In this document: positions 42,512-50,298 of the stretch, piece after piece
How positions within the stretch are numbered: position 1 is the first letter of the stretch
Layout of the letters: every line of letters begins with the position of its first letter
Source of the DNA: Gemmatimonadota bacterium
Lineage (GTDB): Bacteria; Gemmatimonadota; Gemmatimonadetes; Gemmatimonadales; GWC2-71-9
NCBI GenBank assembly: GCA_039588295.1
Contig: JBDHAB010000042.1
Coordinates: forward strand, 1-50,298
Direction of reading: 5' to 3'
DNA: 50,298 bases
Program-made: the position numbers and the translations under genes
Notes under the pieces: generated by a model
Seen by the model: only the letters and a program-made list of their open reading frames with translations
Told to the model about the DNA's origin: nothing
The model's database searches: none

Positions 42512-43702
42512 CTACGCCACCACGTTCACCATGTCGAAGATCGGCAGGTACATCGACACGATCATCCCACCAACGATGACGCCGAGGACCACGATCATGA
42601 TCGGCTCCATCAAGGAGAGCAGGGCCGCGACGGCCGCGTCGACCTCGTCATCGTAGAAGTCGGCGATCTTCGTGAGCATGTCATCCAGTCCGCCCGTGGC
42701 CTCACCGACCGCGATCATGGAGGTCACCATGGGCGGGAACACGCCGGATTTCTCCAGCGGGCCAGCCACGGTCTCACCGCCGGCAATCGAGCCGCGCGAC
42801 TCCATGACAGCATCATGGATCACCCGGTTCCCGGAGGTCCGGGCCGTGATCTCCAGGCCGTCGAGGATGGCGACACCCGACGAGAGCAGCGTTCCGAGCG
42901 TGCGCGTGAACCGGGACACCGCCGACTTGCGCAACAGGTCGCCGAGGACCGGCATCCTCAGCAAGAGGTGGTCGATCACGAACTTGCCACGATCCGTCTT
43001 GTAGTAGCGGCGAATTCCAAACGCCAGGAGGACCGCACCGATCAGCATCGCCCACCAGTAACCCTGGAGCAGGTCACTCAGGGCAATGACGAAGCGCGTG
43101 GGGAGCGGGAGGGCCACACCCGACTCCGTGAACATCCGCTGAAACGTCGGGATGACAAACACAAGCAATACCAGGACGGCGATGGCCGCGACGCCGAAAA
43201 TCACTCCCGGATAGATCATCGCGCCTTTGACCTTCCGAATGATGGCGTCGTTCTTCTCCAAAAAGGTCGCGAGCCGGAGGAGAATGGTATCGAGAATACC
43301 ACCTGCCTCACCGGCGGCGACCATGTTCACGTAGAGTGCGCTGAACGCATTGCGATGTTTGTCCAACGCGTCTGCCAGCGTCTGTCCGCTCTCAACGTCG
43401 TAGAGTACCTGTTTCGTGACGCTGGAGAGCGCCTTGTTCTCGGTTTGCTGGGCGAGGATGTCGAGCGACTGCACCAGCGGCAGCCCCGCGTTGATCATCG
43501 TTGCGAACTGCCGAGTGAATACCACCACGTCCCGCGTGGGAATCCGGCCGCCCCGCTTGGCACGCTGGCGCTCGCGGACGCGGACAACCATGAGTCGGTT
43601 TTTGCGAAGATGCTCCCGAACCGCATCGATCGACGGGAGATCGATCGTGCCGGTCGTCTCTTCGCCGCTGACGGAACGCGCAGTGTACTCGAATACTGGC
43701 AT
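42512..43702 (-). CDS. pilC: Type IV pilus platform protein PilC
   Basis: FTRQFATMINAGLPL, AGEAGGILD, AMIYP, GEATGGLD, MYLPIF. Confidence 0.96.
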   Translation of the reverse strand: MPVFEYTARSVSGEETTGTIDLPSIDAVREHLRKNRLMVVRVRERQRAKRGGRIPTRDVVVFTRQFATMINAGLPLVQSLDILAQQTENKALSSVTKQVLYDVESGQTLADALDKHRNAFSALYVNMVAAGEAGGILDTILLRLATFLEKNDAIIRKVKGAMIYPGVIFGVAAIAVLVLLVFVIPTFQRMFTESGVALPLPTRFVIALSDLLQGYWWAMLIGAVLLAFGIRRYYKTDRGKFVIDHLLLRMPVLGDLLRKSAVSRFTRTLGTLLSSGVAILDGLEITARTSGNRVIHDAVMESRGSIAGGETVAGPLEKSGVFPPMVTSMIAVGEATGGLDDMLTKIADFYDDEVDAAVAALLSLMEPIMIVVLGVIVGGMIVSMYLPIFDMVNVVA

Positions 43703-43720
43703 AGGTCGTCTCCGCTTGGC

Positions 43721-44863
43721 TTACCGGCGACCGGCCGTGGCCTTGGCCGATTGCGCTTCGCCCGGGATGGGTTCGCCGATGGCGCGCAGGAACTCGTTTT
43801 GATCCGGTGCCACTCTGAGGCACTCTTCCATGGACACGTGCCGACCCATGTAAAGCTGATACAGCGAGTCGGTCATGGTCTGCATGCCGTGCTTCTTCCC
43901 CGCCTGCATCGATGACAAAATCTGGTGCACCTTGTCGTCGCGGATGAGGGCCCGAATGGCCGGCGTGGCGACCATGATCTCGGCCGACATCACCCGGCCC
44001 TTGCCGGAGGCCTTGGGCAGCAACAGCTGCGTTACGACTCCCTCGAGCACGAAGGCCAACTGCGCCCGGACCTGTGACTGTTGGTGCGACGGGAACACGT
44101 CAATGATACGGTTGATCGTCTCGGCACACGAATTGGTGTGGAGCGTTGCGAAGGCCAAGTGTCCGGTCTCGGCAATCGTGAGTGCCGACTGGATCGTCTC
44201 CAGATCGCGCATCTCACCGATCAACACGACATCGGGATCCTGCCGGAGGGCGTACTTCAACGCGTTCGCAAACGACTTGGTATCGGTCCCGACCTCGCGC
44301 TGGTTGACGATGCAGCCCTGATGGCGGTGAATGAACTCGATCGGGTCCTCGATCGTGATGATGTGCCCGCGCCGCTCCTTGTTGATCTTATCGACCATCG
44401 CGGCGAGCGTCGTCGATTTCCCCGACCCCGTAGGGCCGGTCACCAGCACGAGCCCACGCGGCCGCTCCGCGAGCCGTTCCATGATCTGCGGCAGCCCTAG
44501 CTCGTCGAACGTCTTCACGCTGAAGGGGATCTGACGGATCACCAAGGCGACGCAGCCACGCTGCTTGAAGCAGTTGCCGCGGAACCGGGCGAGGTTCTGA
44601 ATGCCAAACGAGAAGTCGAGCTCGTCCTCGTTCTCAAACCGCTTCTTCTGATTCTCGGTCAGCACCGAGTAGGCCAGTTGAAGCGTCTCTTTCGGAGTGA
44701 GCGACCGATCGATCTGCGAGCTGGTGATCTCTCCATCCACGCGGAGCTTCGGGCGCTCCCCGGCCGTGACGTGGAGGTCCGAGGCATCCCGCTCGATCAT
44801 CTCTTCGAGCAACTGTCGCAGATTCAGCGAGTCGCCACTCGCCTGAGTCACATCAACTGTCAT
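43721..44863 (-). CDS. pilT: Retraction ATPase PilT
   Basis: ASDLH, GPTGSGKSTT, TIEDPIE, LRQDPDVVLIGEMRD, AETGHLAFATLHTN, AIRALIRD, GMQT. Confidence 0.97.
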   Translation of the reverse strand: MTVDVTQASGDSLNLRQLLEEMIERDASDLHVTAGERPKLRVDGEITSSQIDRSLTPKETLQLAYSVLTENQKKRFENEDELDFSFGIQNLARFRGNCFKQRGCVALVIRQIPFSVKTFDELGLPQIMERLAERPRGLVLVTGPTGSGKSTTLAAMVDKINKERRGHIITIEDPIEFIHRHQGCIVNQREVGTDTKSFANALKYALRQDPDVVLIGEMRDLETIQSALTIAETGHLAFATLHTNSCAETINRIIDVFPSHQQSQVRAQLAFVLEGVVTQLLLPKASGKGRVMSAEIMVATPAIRALIRDDKVHQILSSMQAGKKHGMQTMTDSLYQLYMGRHVSMEECLRVAPDQNEFLRAIGEPIPGEAQSAKATAGRR

Positions 44864-44867
44864 ACGA

Positions 44868-46478
44868 TCATCCCGCCGTTTCCTTGACGACTTCCTCGAG
44901 TGTGGTGATACCCTTGCGGATCTTCTGCATGCCGTCCGAGCGAAGCGTGAGCATTCCCTCTTTCACCGCCTGCTGCGTGAGCTCCTCGGTCGACCCGCCC
45001 CTGAGAATCATGCGGCGCAGCTCGGGACTCAACGCCATCACCTCGTAGAGGCCCTGACGGCCCTTGTACCCGGTGCTGCCGCACATGTCGCATCCCTCAC
45101 CCCGATAGAAGGTAATGCCGACGGCCTCTTCCGGTTTGAGGCCCAGGGCGCCCAACTCCTCGGCGGAGTACTCGTGCGGTGCCTTGCAGTCCGTGCAGAT
45201 GCGTCGTACCAGACGTTGCGCCACGATGAGGTTCACGGCGCTCGCGACGTTGAACGGCTCGATGCCCATGTCGACCATCCGGGTGATCGTCGAACCTACC
45301 ATGATGATGTTGGGATCCTGACGCAAAAACGCTCGGAGCGCGGCGGCGAACGTCATCCCGATATCGGTCCGCACGAGCACCTGGTTGATGCCGTGGATGT
45401 TGTACTCGACCGGGTCCTCCGCGGTCATGATGTTGACTTCCAGCGTGTTGATGCGAGAGAGCGCTGAATACAGCGTCGTCGTCTTCCCCGAGCCCGTCGG
45501 GCCGGTCACCAGCACCATCCCGTACGGGTTCAGGATCGCCCGCAACAGGTCTTCCTCGGACTGCGGCTCGAAGCCGAACTTCTGTAAGTCGAGGGTGAGG
45601 TTTCCCTGGTCGAGGATCCGCAGCACGATCTTCTCGCCGAAGATCACGGGCAGCGTGGAGACGCGGAAATCGATCACGCGCTTGCCCATCTTCAGCTTGA
45701 TGCGTCCGTCCTGCGGGACACGGCGCTCCGCGATGTTCAAGTTCGACATGATCTTGACGCGGCTCGTGAGCGCCGCCCGGAGCTTGATCGGCGGCTTCAT
45801 GACTTCCTGCAACGCACCGTCGACGCGGTACCGCACCCTCAGTTCTTTCTCGAACGGCTCGATGTGAATGTCGCTCGCGCCGCGCTTGACCGCATCGGTG
45901 AGAATGCCGTTGATGAGCTTCACGACCGGCGCGTCGTCACCGATCTGCGTTGGCTGATCCTCTTCCTCCGCTTCCTCGATGACCTCGAGTTCTTCGTCCT
46001 CCATGTCCTTCAGCAGCGTCTCGAGTTGAGCGTCGGTCTGCTCGTAGTAGCGCTCGATCGCCGTGCGGAGCGTGTACTCGCCCGCAATCACCGGGAAGAT
46101 GTCGAACCGCGTGATGAATTTGAGATCATCGATCACGGTGACGTTGGTTGGATCGGCCATTGCGCACGTCAGCGTGCGCCCCTCCCGCTTGAGCGGGAGC
46201 ACGGTGTGCTTGAGCGCGACGTCCGCTGGGATCAGCTTGATGATCTTGGTTTCGACCTCGAACCGCGTCAGGTCAACCGCGGGCACCCGGTACTGCCGGG
46301 CGAGCATCTTGGTGATCTCGATCTCCTGCACCAAACCGAGCTTGACCAGCACGTAGCCCAGGCGCATGCCCGTCGCCCGCTGCTGCTCGAGCGCCTGCTG
46401 GAGCTGCTCGCGGGTGATCAGACCTTCCCGCACCAGGAGGTCACCCAGTCGCTCTATGCTTGCCGCCGCTGTCGCCAT
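44868..46478 (-). CDS. pilB: Extension ATPase PilB with MshEN domain; apparent internal in-frame deletion (possibly non-functional or an assembly artefact)
   Basis: RLGDLLVREG/RLGYVLVKLG, ASDIHIEP, GPTGSGKTTT, AEDPVEY, tetracysteine motif; RQDPNIIMVG joins directly to STITRMVDMG. Confidence 0.93.
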   Translation of the reverse strand: MATAAASIERLGDLLVREGLITREQLQQALEQQRATGMRLGYVLVKLGLVQEIEITKMLARQYRVPAVDLTRFEVETKIIKLIPADVALKHTVLPLKREGRTLTCAMADPTNVTVIDDLKFITRFDIFPVIAGEYTLRTAIERYYEQTDAQLETLLKDMEDEELEVIEEAEEEDQPTQIGDDAPVVKLINGILTDAVKRGASDIHIEPFEKELRVRYRVDGALQEVMKPPIKLRAALTSRVKIMSNLNIAERRVPQDGRIKLKMGKRVIDFRVSTLPVIFGEKIVLRILDQGNLTLDLQKFGFEPQSEEDLLRAILNPYGMVLVTGPTGSGKTTTLYSALSRINTLEVNIMTAEDPVEYNIHGINQVLVRTDIGMTFAAALRAFLRQDPNIIMVGSTITRMVDMGIEPFNVASAVNLIVAQRLVRRICTDCKAPHEYSAEELGALGLKPEEAVGITFYRGEGCDMCGSTGYKGRQGLYEVMALSPELRRMILRGGSTEELTQQAVKEGMLTLRSDGMQKIRKGITTLEEVVKETAG

Positions 46479-46534
46479 GCCAGCTCTGATGGGAAGATTC
46501 GGAGGACAGTCAACTCATTAGGGCGCAAGGAGGT

Positions 46535-46562
46535 AAGGTATGAGTACCCTGGGGGGTGTCAA
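46535..46562 (-). promoter_or_regulatory. Sigma70-like promoter of pilB
   Basis: TTGACA (46562-46557), 16-nt spacer, TACCTT (46540-46535). Confidence 0.45.
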
Positions 46563-47176
46563 GGTATCCGCACCCGCTCTTTGAGCCGTTCCACCGTGCT
46601 GGGTCCAATTCCCGGCACCCGCTGTAAATCGTCGATGTTGCGAAATGGCCCGCGTCGCCGTCGGTCATCGACGATGTCCCGGGCCCGCACCGGGCCAATG
46701 CCCGGCAGGCGGGCCAGCTCCTCTTCCGACGCTTGATTCACGCGCACGCGCGGCGCTCGGTCGCCCGCGCGTACGGGCCGGGCTCGCCCCGAAAACGTGA
46801 CGTGCCGCCGCACAGCCTCGAGCAACGATGGACCGACGCCGGGCACGCGATCCAGACGTTCGAGCGACCCGAACGCTCCGTGTACCTCGCGATCCGCTAC
46901 GATGCGCGCCGCTAACGCCGGTCCAATTCGGGGCAGCCGGGTCAGGTCGTGGACATTCGCGCGGTCCACGTCGATCCGCTCGTCCGACCCCAATGGGCGG
47001 GCAAGCCGAATCGACTGAGCCGCCACCGAGTCCTGTCCCGGCCGCTCACCGCCGGCCTCGCGATACCCCACAGCACCAGGAGCTGCTGCGCCACCCACGG
47101 CAAAGCGGACCACCACCCCCGCGAACGCGAGTGCCAACAGGAGGATCGCTGCACGGCGATCATCATGCGAAGCCAC
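46559..47176 (-). CDS. comEA: ComEA-family DNA receptor with two HhH domains
   Basis: N-terminal TM; LTRLPRIGP...LDRVPGVGP and VNQASEEELARLPGIGP...LQRVPGIGP. Confidence 0.9.
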   Translation of the reverse strand: MASHDDRRAAILLLALAFAGVVVRFAVGGAAAPGAVGYREAGGERPGQDSVAAQSIRLARPLGSDERIDVDRANVHDLTRLPRIGPALAARIVADREVHGAFGSLERLDRVPGVGPSLLEAVRRHVTFSGRARPVRAGDRAPRVRVNQASEEELARLPGIGPVRARDIVDDRRRRGPFRNIDDLQRVPGIGPSTVERLKERVRIP

Positions 47177-47274
47177 GCCGCATTTCTGTGACGCAGGTCA
47201 CCAGCGTGGTAGGCATTCGCGCTCGCCAGCGAACCGGAATCGCGCGCCTTCAGTGGGAAAGCTCGACTACGCTC

Positions 47275-48177
47275 CTACCGCACCAACGCCAACGCTACTT
47301 CACCTACGACCTGCAAGCTCTCCGCACTCACCTTGTCCAGCGTGTCGTCCGTCGTATGCCAGTAGGCGTTGTTGGGCCCGTAGTCGAAGTCGATCACGTC
47401 GATCGCGCGCACCCCAGCTTCCTGCAGCGGGACGTGGTCGTCCTCGACCGTGTGGAGCACGGACCGACGAAACACGTTGCCGTACCCGAGTTCCCGCGCC
47501 TTGCTCCATACCCGTTCGACCACTTCCGGAGCCCGGGACGCGGAGTAGCCCTCCTGGTACAGTTGGAGATCTCGATCACCCACCATGTCCCACACGACCG
47601 CGAACAATGGCCGCGCGTTGGGATCCAACCGCTCCGCGTAGTACCGCGACCCAAGAAACACGTCGTGACGCTCGCTGAAGTCGCCGTAGTCCTCCCCGTC
47701 GACGAACAGCAAGTCAACTCCGAGTGTCGGTGGGATCTGGTGGAGTGCATCGGCGACGGCGAGTAACAGCGCAACACCGGAGGCACCGTCGTTCGCTCCA
47801 GGTATCGGGAGACGTTGTTGCCCGAGGTTGGCGCTCCGATCCGCGTGGGGGCGCGTATCCCAGTGCGCAACATACAGCACTCGCTCGGCAAGCCCCGGTC
47901 GAAACCGCCCGATAAAATTGCGCAACGCCAGTGTATCGCCAGCACTCGTCACATGGGAGAACGCCTGGACCTCGACGCTGTCGGCCCGTTCCTGGAGATG
48001 CTGGAGGATCCAGTCGCCGGTGCGGCGATGGCCTTCCGTATTCGGAATCCGGGGACCGAACTCCAACTGCAGCTCCACGTATCGGAGAGCCGTCACGCCC
48101 TCGAACTGCGGGCGATTGACGCCGCTTCCGCCACAACCGAGGGCAACCGTCATGATCATGCTTAGGCACTGTCTCAT
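47275..48177 (-). CDS. M28-family metallo-lipoprotein, glutaminyl-peptide cyclotransferase-like
   Basis: Lipobox ALGC, FGPRIPNT, AHWDTRP, GANDGASG, DGEDYG, DMVG, DDHVP, WHT; ATG at 48177 overlaps the upstream stop. Confidence 0.85.
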   Translation of the reverse strand: MRQCLSMIMTVALGCGGSGVNRPQFEGVTALRYVELQLEFGPRIPNTEGHRRTGDWILQHLQERADSVEVQAFSHVTSAGDTLALRNFIGRFRPGLAERVLYVAHWDTRPHADRSANLGQQRLPIPGANDGASGVALLLAVADALHQIPPTLGVDLLFVDGEDYGDFSERHDVFLGSRYYAERLDPNARPLFAVVWDMVGDRDLQLYQEGYSASRAPEVVERVWSKARELGYGNVFRRSVLHTVEDDHVPLQEAGVRAIDVIDFDYGPNNAYWHTTDDTLDKVSAESLQVVGEVALALVR

Positions 48178-50297
48178 CGGACTTGACCCGCTCGCAGGGT
48201 GATGTCGCCGAATATCGTGAAGACGATCTGTGACAGCTTCTGGGACGTGTGTCGCTGGTCGGTGATGATGTAACTGAACGACAGACCGCCGCGCAGTGTC
48301 GAGCTGAAGCCCGTGTCGAGTCGGGCATCGAGCTGCTGGCGCCTGCTGTCCGACACCGTGCGACACTCATCCGTACCGGTGCGCAGCAAACACACGGCAA
48401 GGACCGAGGAGCTGAACCCGAGCGTCGTCTGAATGCGATTGCGCAGGGAGACGAAGCGGGGCGACCGAAACGCAAAGTTCACCGTCGCACCCCACTCGCG
48501 CCGCTCGCTCTCCGTCACATTCCCGGACGTCACCGCCTCGGATATCGAATACGTGTATCGTCCTGACGTCGTCACACCCCGTGTCCACGCGAGAGTTAGC
48601 GACGGCGCGATGAACTTCGAATTGTTCTCCGTGCGCACCTCCGTCCCCAACTCCGAGGCCGACGTGCCGAAGGACGGCTGGGTTCTCGAGGACTCCAGCA
48701 CGCGATACTGCGCCTGCGCCGTGACGGCGGTCACGAGCTTCTGCACCATCCGCGGTGGCGTATACGACCAGATGACGTTCACCGACGGCCACTCCCGACT
48801 CAGCTGGCGAACTTCCGTCTGCTCTGCGCCGCGACGCTGCCACAGCAAGTTCTCCAAGTCGCGATAGGTGGCCCGCACCTGAAATGCCAACGGAAGTCTC
48901 ACACCGCCCGAAATCAGCACCGTTGTAACGTCGCCCGCGGCGGTCGCCAGAACCCCCTCCTGCTCGCGGAAATCGGTGAGCCCGCCCCACGCCAGGTGAT
49001 AGCGGAATCCTGCGTCGAACGGAGACCGATCGAAGGACGAACGGAGCTCGCGCGTATACGAGAAATCGGCAGGAAGAATCCCCCGGAACAGTGCAGTAAC
49101 AAGCCCAGAGTCGCCGCCGATCCCTCGAGCGAGCCGGGCGAGATCGAGTGCCGCACCCCACTCCTGCCGCCGGGAGTTCTGCAGCGTTTCGGGCACTTTG
49201 AAGGCGCCCGCGGTGTCACCCTCAAGGCGCACCGCGTCCTGCCGGTTCGGATTCCGATTGAGCGTGAAGTTCGTACTGAGCGAAAACCGTGGCCGCAGCC
49301 ACGACGTGAACGCCGGGGAAACGCTGAAGGCGGTCGTAAGGGTCCGCAGCCGTTCAAACCCCACGTCCGTGCCAAACAACTTCCGCCGCTCCAGCTCGAG
49401 AAGCTTCCCGACCGTGCTGGAATCACCATAGTTCTGCAGATCTCGCGTGCTGCTGTAGTTCACCCTGAGCGTCAAACTCGAGTAGGGGCGAAGCTCGATG
49501 CCGGCCGTGTTACGCCATGTGCGGACGACGCTGGGAAGCGGTCGCAACGCCGAATCTTCGACGAGCTCGACCGGCACGCGAAAGACGAAGCGCTCCGTCA
49601 GGTTATTGGTCAGCGTCGAGCTGAAGGTGAGTTGATACGGATTCCACCGAAGTCGTGAACGCCGGAGCGCCTTGCCAAACTCGCTCTCTCGGATGAATGC
49701 CGGGAGCGCCTGGACGGCTTTGATCAGAAAGCCCGGCGCGCCGCGAATCGTGCGCGGACCTGCTGTGTTGCTGTACTGGATTCGGTACTGGCGGTTGCGC
49801 GTGCTGAAGCTCGAGAGGGAAGTCACATTCCGAGCGTTGTCCCGCGTCGCCGTTACGGTGACAGGATCGAGAAACGCCCGGGCGAAGAACGAACGACCCC
49901 GTCGCGCTCGACGGATATTGACCTGCAGACGCGTGGCGGACCCCTCGGGCCGCCGCAACTCGGTGAGCGCGTCCGCCCGCACATCGGTACCCCGGATATA
50001 GAACGGGTCGGCACTCGTCCGCTGATGCTGCACCGTGAACGGAATCGCGAGACCCCACGACTCCGGCAGCAACTTGTCGAGTCGGAAGAGCGCACCGATG
50101 CGCGTGGCCGCATCGGTGACGTACCTCGGATCCTCATCGAGCTGGCGGAACTTGCCGTCTCGCCGAGTAAGGGACAGGTTGACCTCCGCGAGGTCGGCGG
50201 CGGAGAACCGCACGTCCAACGCCGCCGCGAGCCCTGCGTCATCGATGACGCTCGTCAGGCGAATCTCGTCGACCCAGAGCTCCGCCTGTTGGATCGC
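48174..50297 (-). CDS. SprA-like large outer-membrane beta-barrel protein, C-terminal part (5' end outside the window)
   Basis: Frame open to the window edge; ELWVDEIRL...GLAAALDVRFSAADLAEV recalls the SprA W(V)NELRL..G.AA....AD block; long run of amphipathic beta-strands. Confidence 0.65.
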   Translation of the reverse strand, partial: AIQQAELWVDEIRLTSVIDDAGLAAALDVRFSAADLAEVNLSLTRRDGKFRQLDEDPRYVTDAATRIGALFRLDKLLPESWGLAIPFTVQHQRTSADPFYIRGTDVRADALTELRRPEGSATRLQVNIRRARRGRSFFARAFLDPVTVTATRDNARNVTSLSSFSTRNRQYRIQYSNTAGPRTIRGAPGFLIKAVQALPAFIRESEFGKALRRSRLRWNPYQLTFSSTLTNNLTERFVFRVPVELVEDSALRPLPSVVRTWRNTAGIELRPYSSLTLRVNYSSTRDLQNYGDSSTVGKLLELERRKLFGTDVGFERLRTLTTAFSVSPAFTSWLRPRFSLSTNFTLNRNPNRQDAVRLEGDTAGAFKVPETLQNSRRQEWGAALDLARLARGIGGDSGLVTALFRGILPADFSYTRELRSSFDRSPFDAGFRYHLAWGGLTDFREQEGVLATAAGDVTTVLISGGVRLPLAFQVRATYRDLENLLWQRRGAEQTEVRQLSREWPSVNVIWSYTPPRMVQKLVTAVTAQAQYRVLESSRTQPSFGTSASELGTEVRTENNSKFIAPSLTLAWTRGVTTSGRYTYSISEAVTSGNVTESERREWGATVNFAFRSPRFVSLRNRIQTTLGFSSSVLAVCLLRTGTDECRTVSDSRRQQLDARLDTGFSSTLRGGLSFSYIITDQRHTSQKLSQIVFTIFGDITLRAGQVR

Positions 50298-50298
50298 C

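Overview
High-GC bacterial chromosome segment, probably Gemmatimonadota (inferred from the sprA-like/M28/comEA/pilB gene order and the BTAD-STAND regulator; not verified). Almost all genes are on the minus strand. Read in transcription order from the right end: partial SprA-like outer-membrane protein, M28 glutaminyl-cyclase-like lipoprotein, comEA, then a type IVa pilus locus (pilB-pilT-pilC, an interposed class II PPK2, pilS-pilR). Next come a four-gene GT2/GT-C/GT-C/TMTC-like glycosylation cassette, two tandem pilins, a second HK/sigma54-RR pair, fimT-pilV-pilW-pilX and pilMNOPQ. After a candidate structured RNA follows a housekeeping run (topA, trmFO, xerC, hslVU, argF, gcvT, mogA/moaB) and a sigma54 activator with a degenerate receiver. 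The best candidate for a new system is at 0.8-8.5 kb: an [FeFe]-hydrogenase-like Fe-S sensor fused to GGDEF, a hypothetical protein, a 25-aa hydrophobic Trp-terminated peptide with a strong RBS (absent from the ORF track), a multi-TM HD-GYP phosphodiesterase, and a convergent BTAD-STAND-TPR regulator. This may be a peptide/redox-controlled c-di-GMP circuit, and PilB in the same window has a c-di-GMP-binding MshEN motif. PilB also has an apparent ~30-aa in-frame deletion removing the Walker B glutamate and His box. All calls come from reading motifs by eye; no database searches were run.
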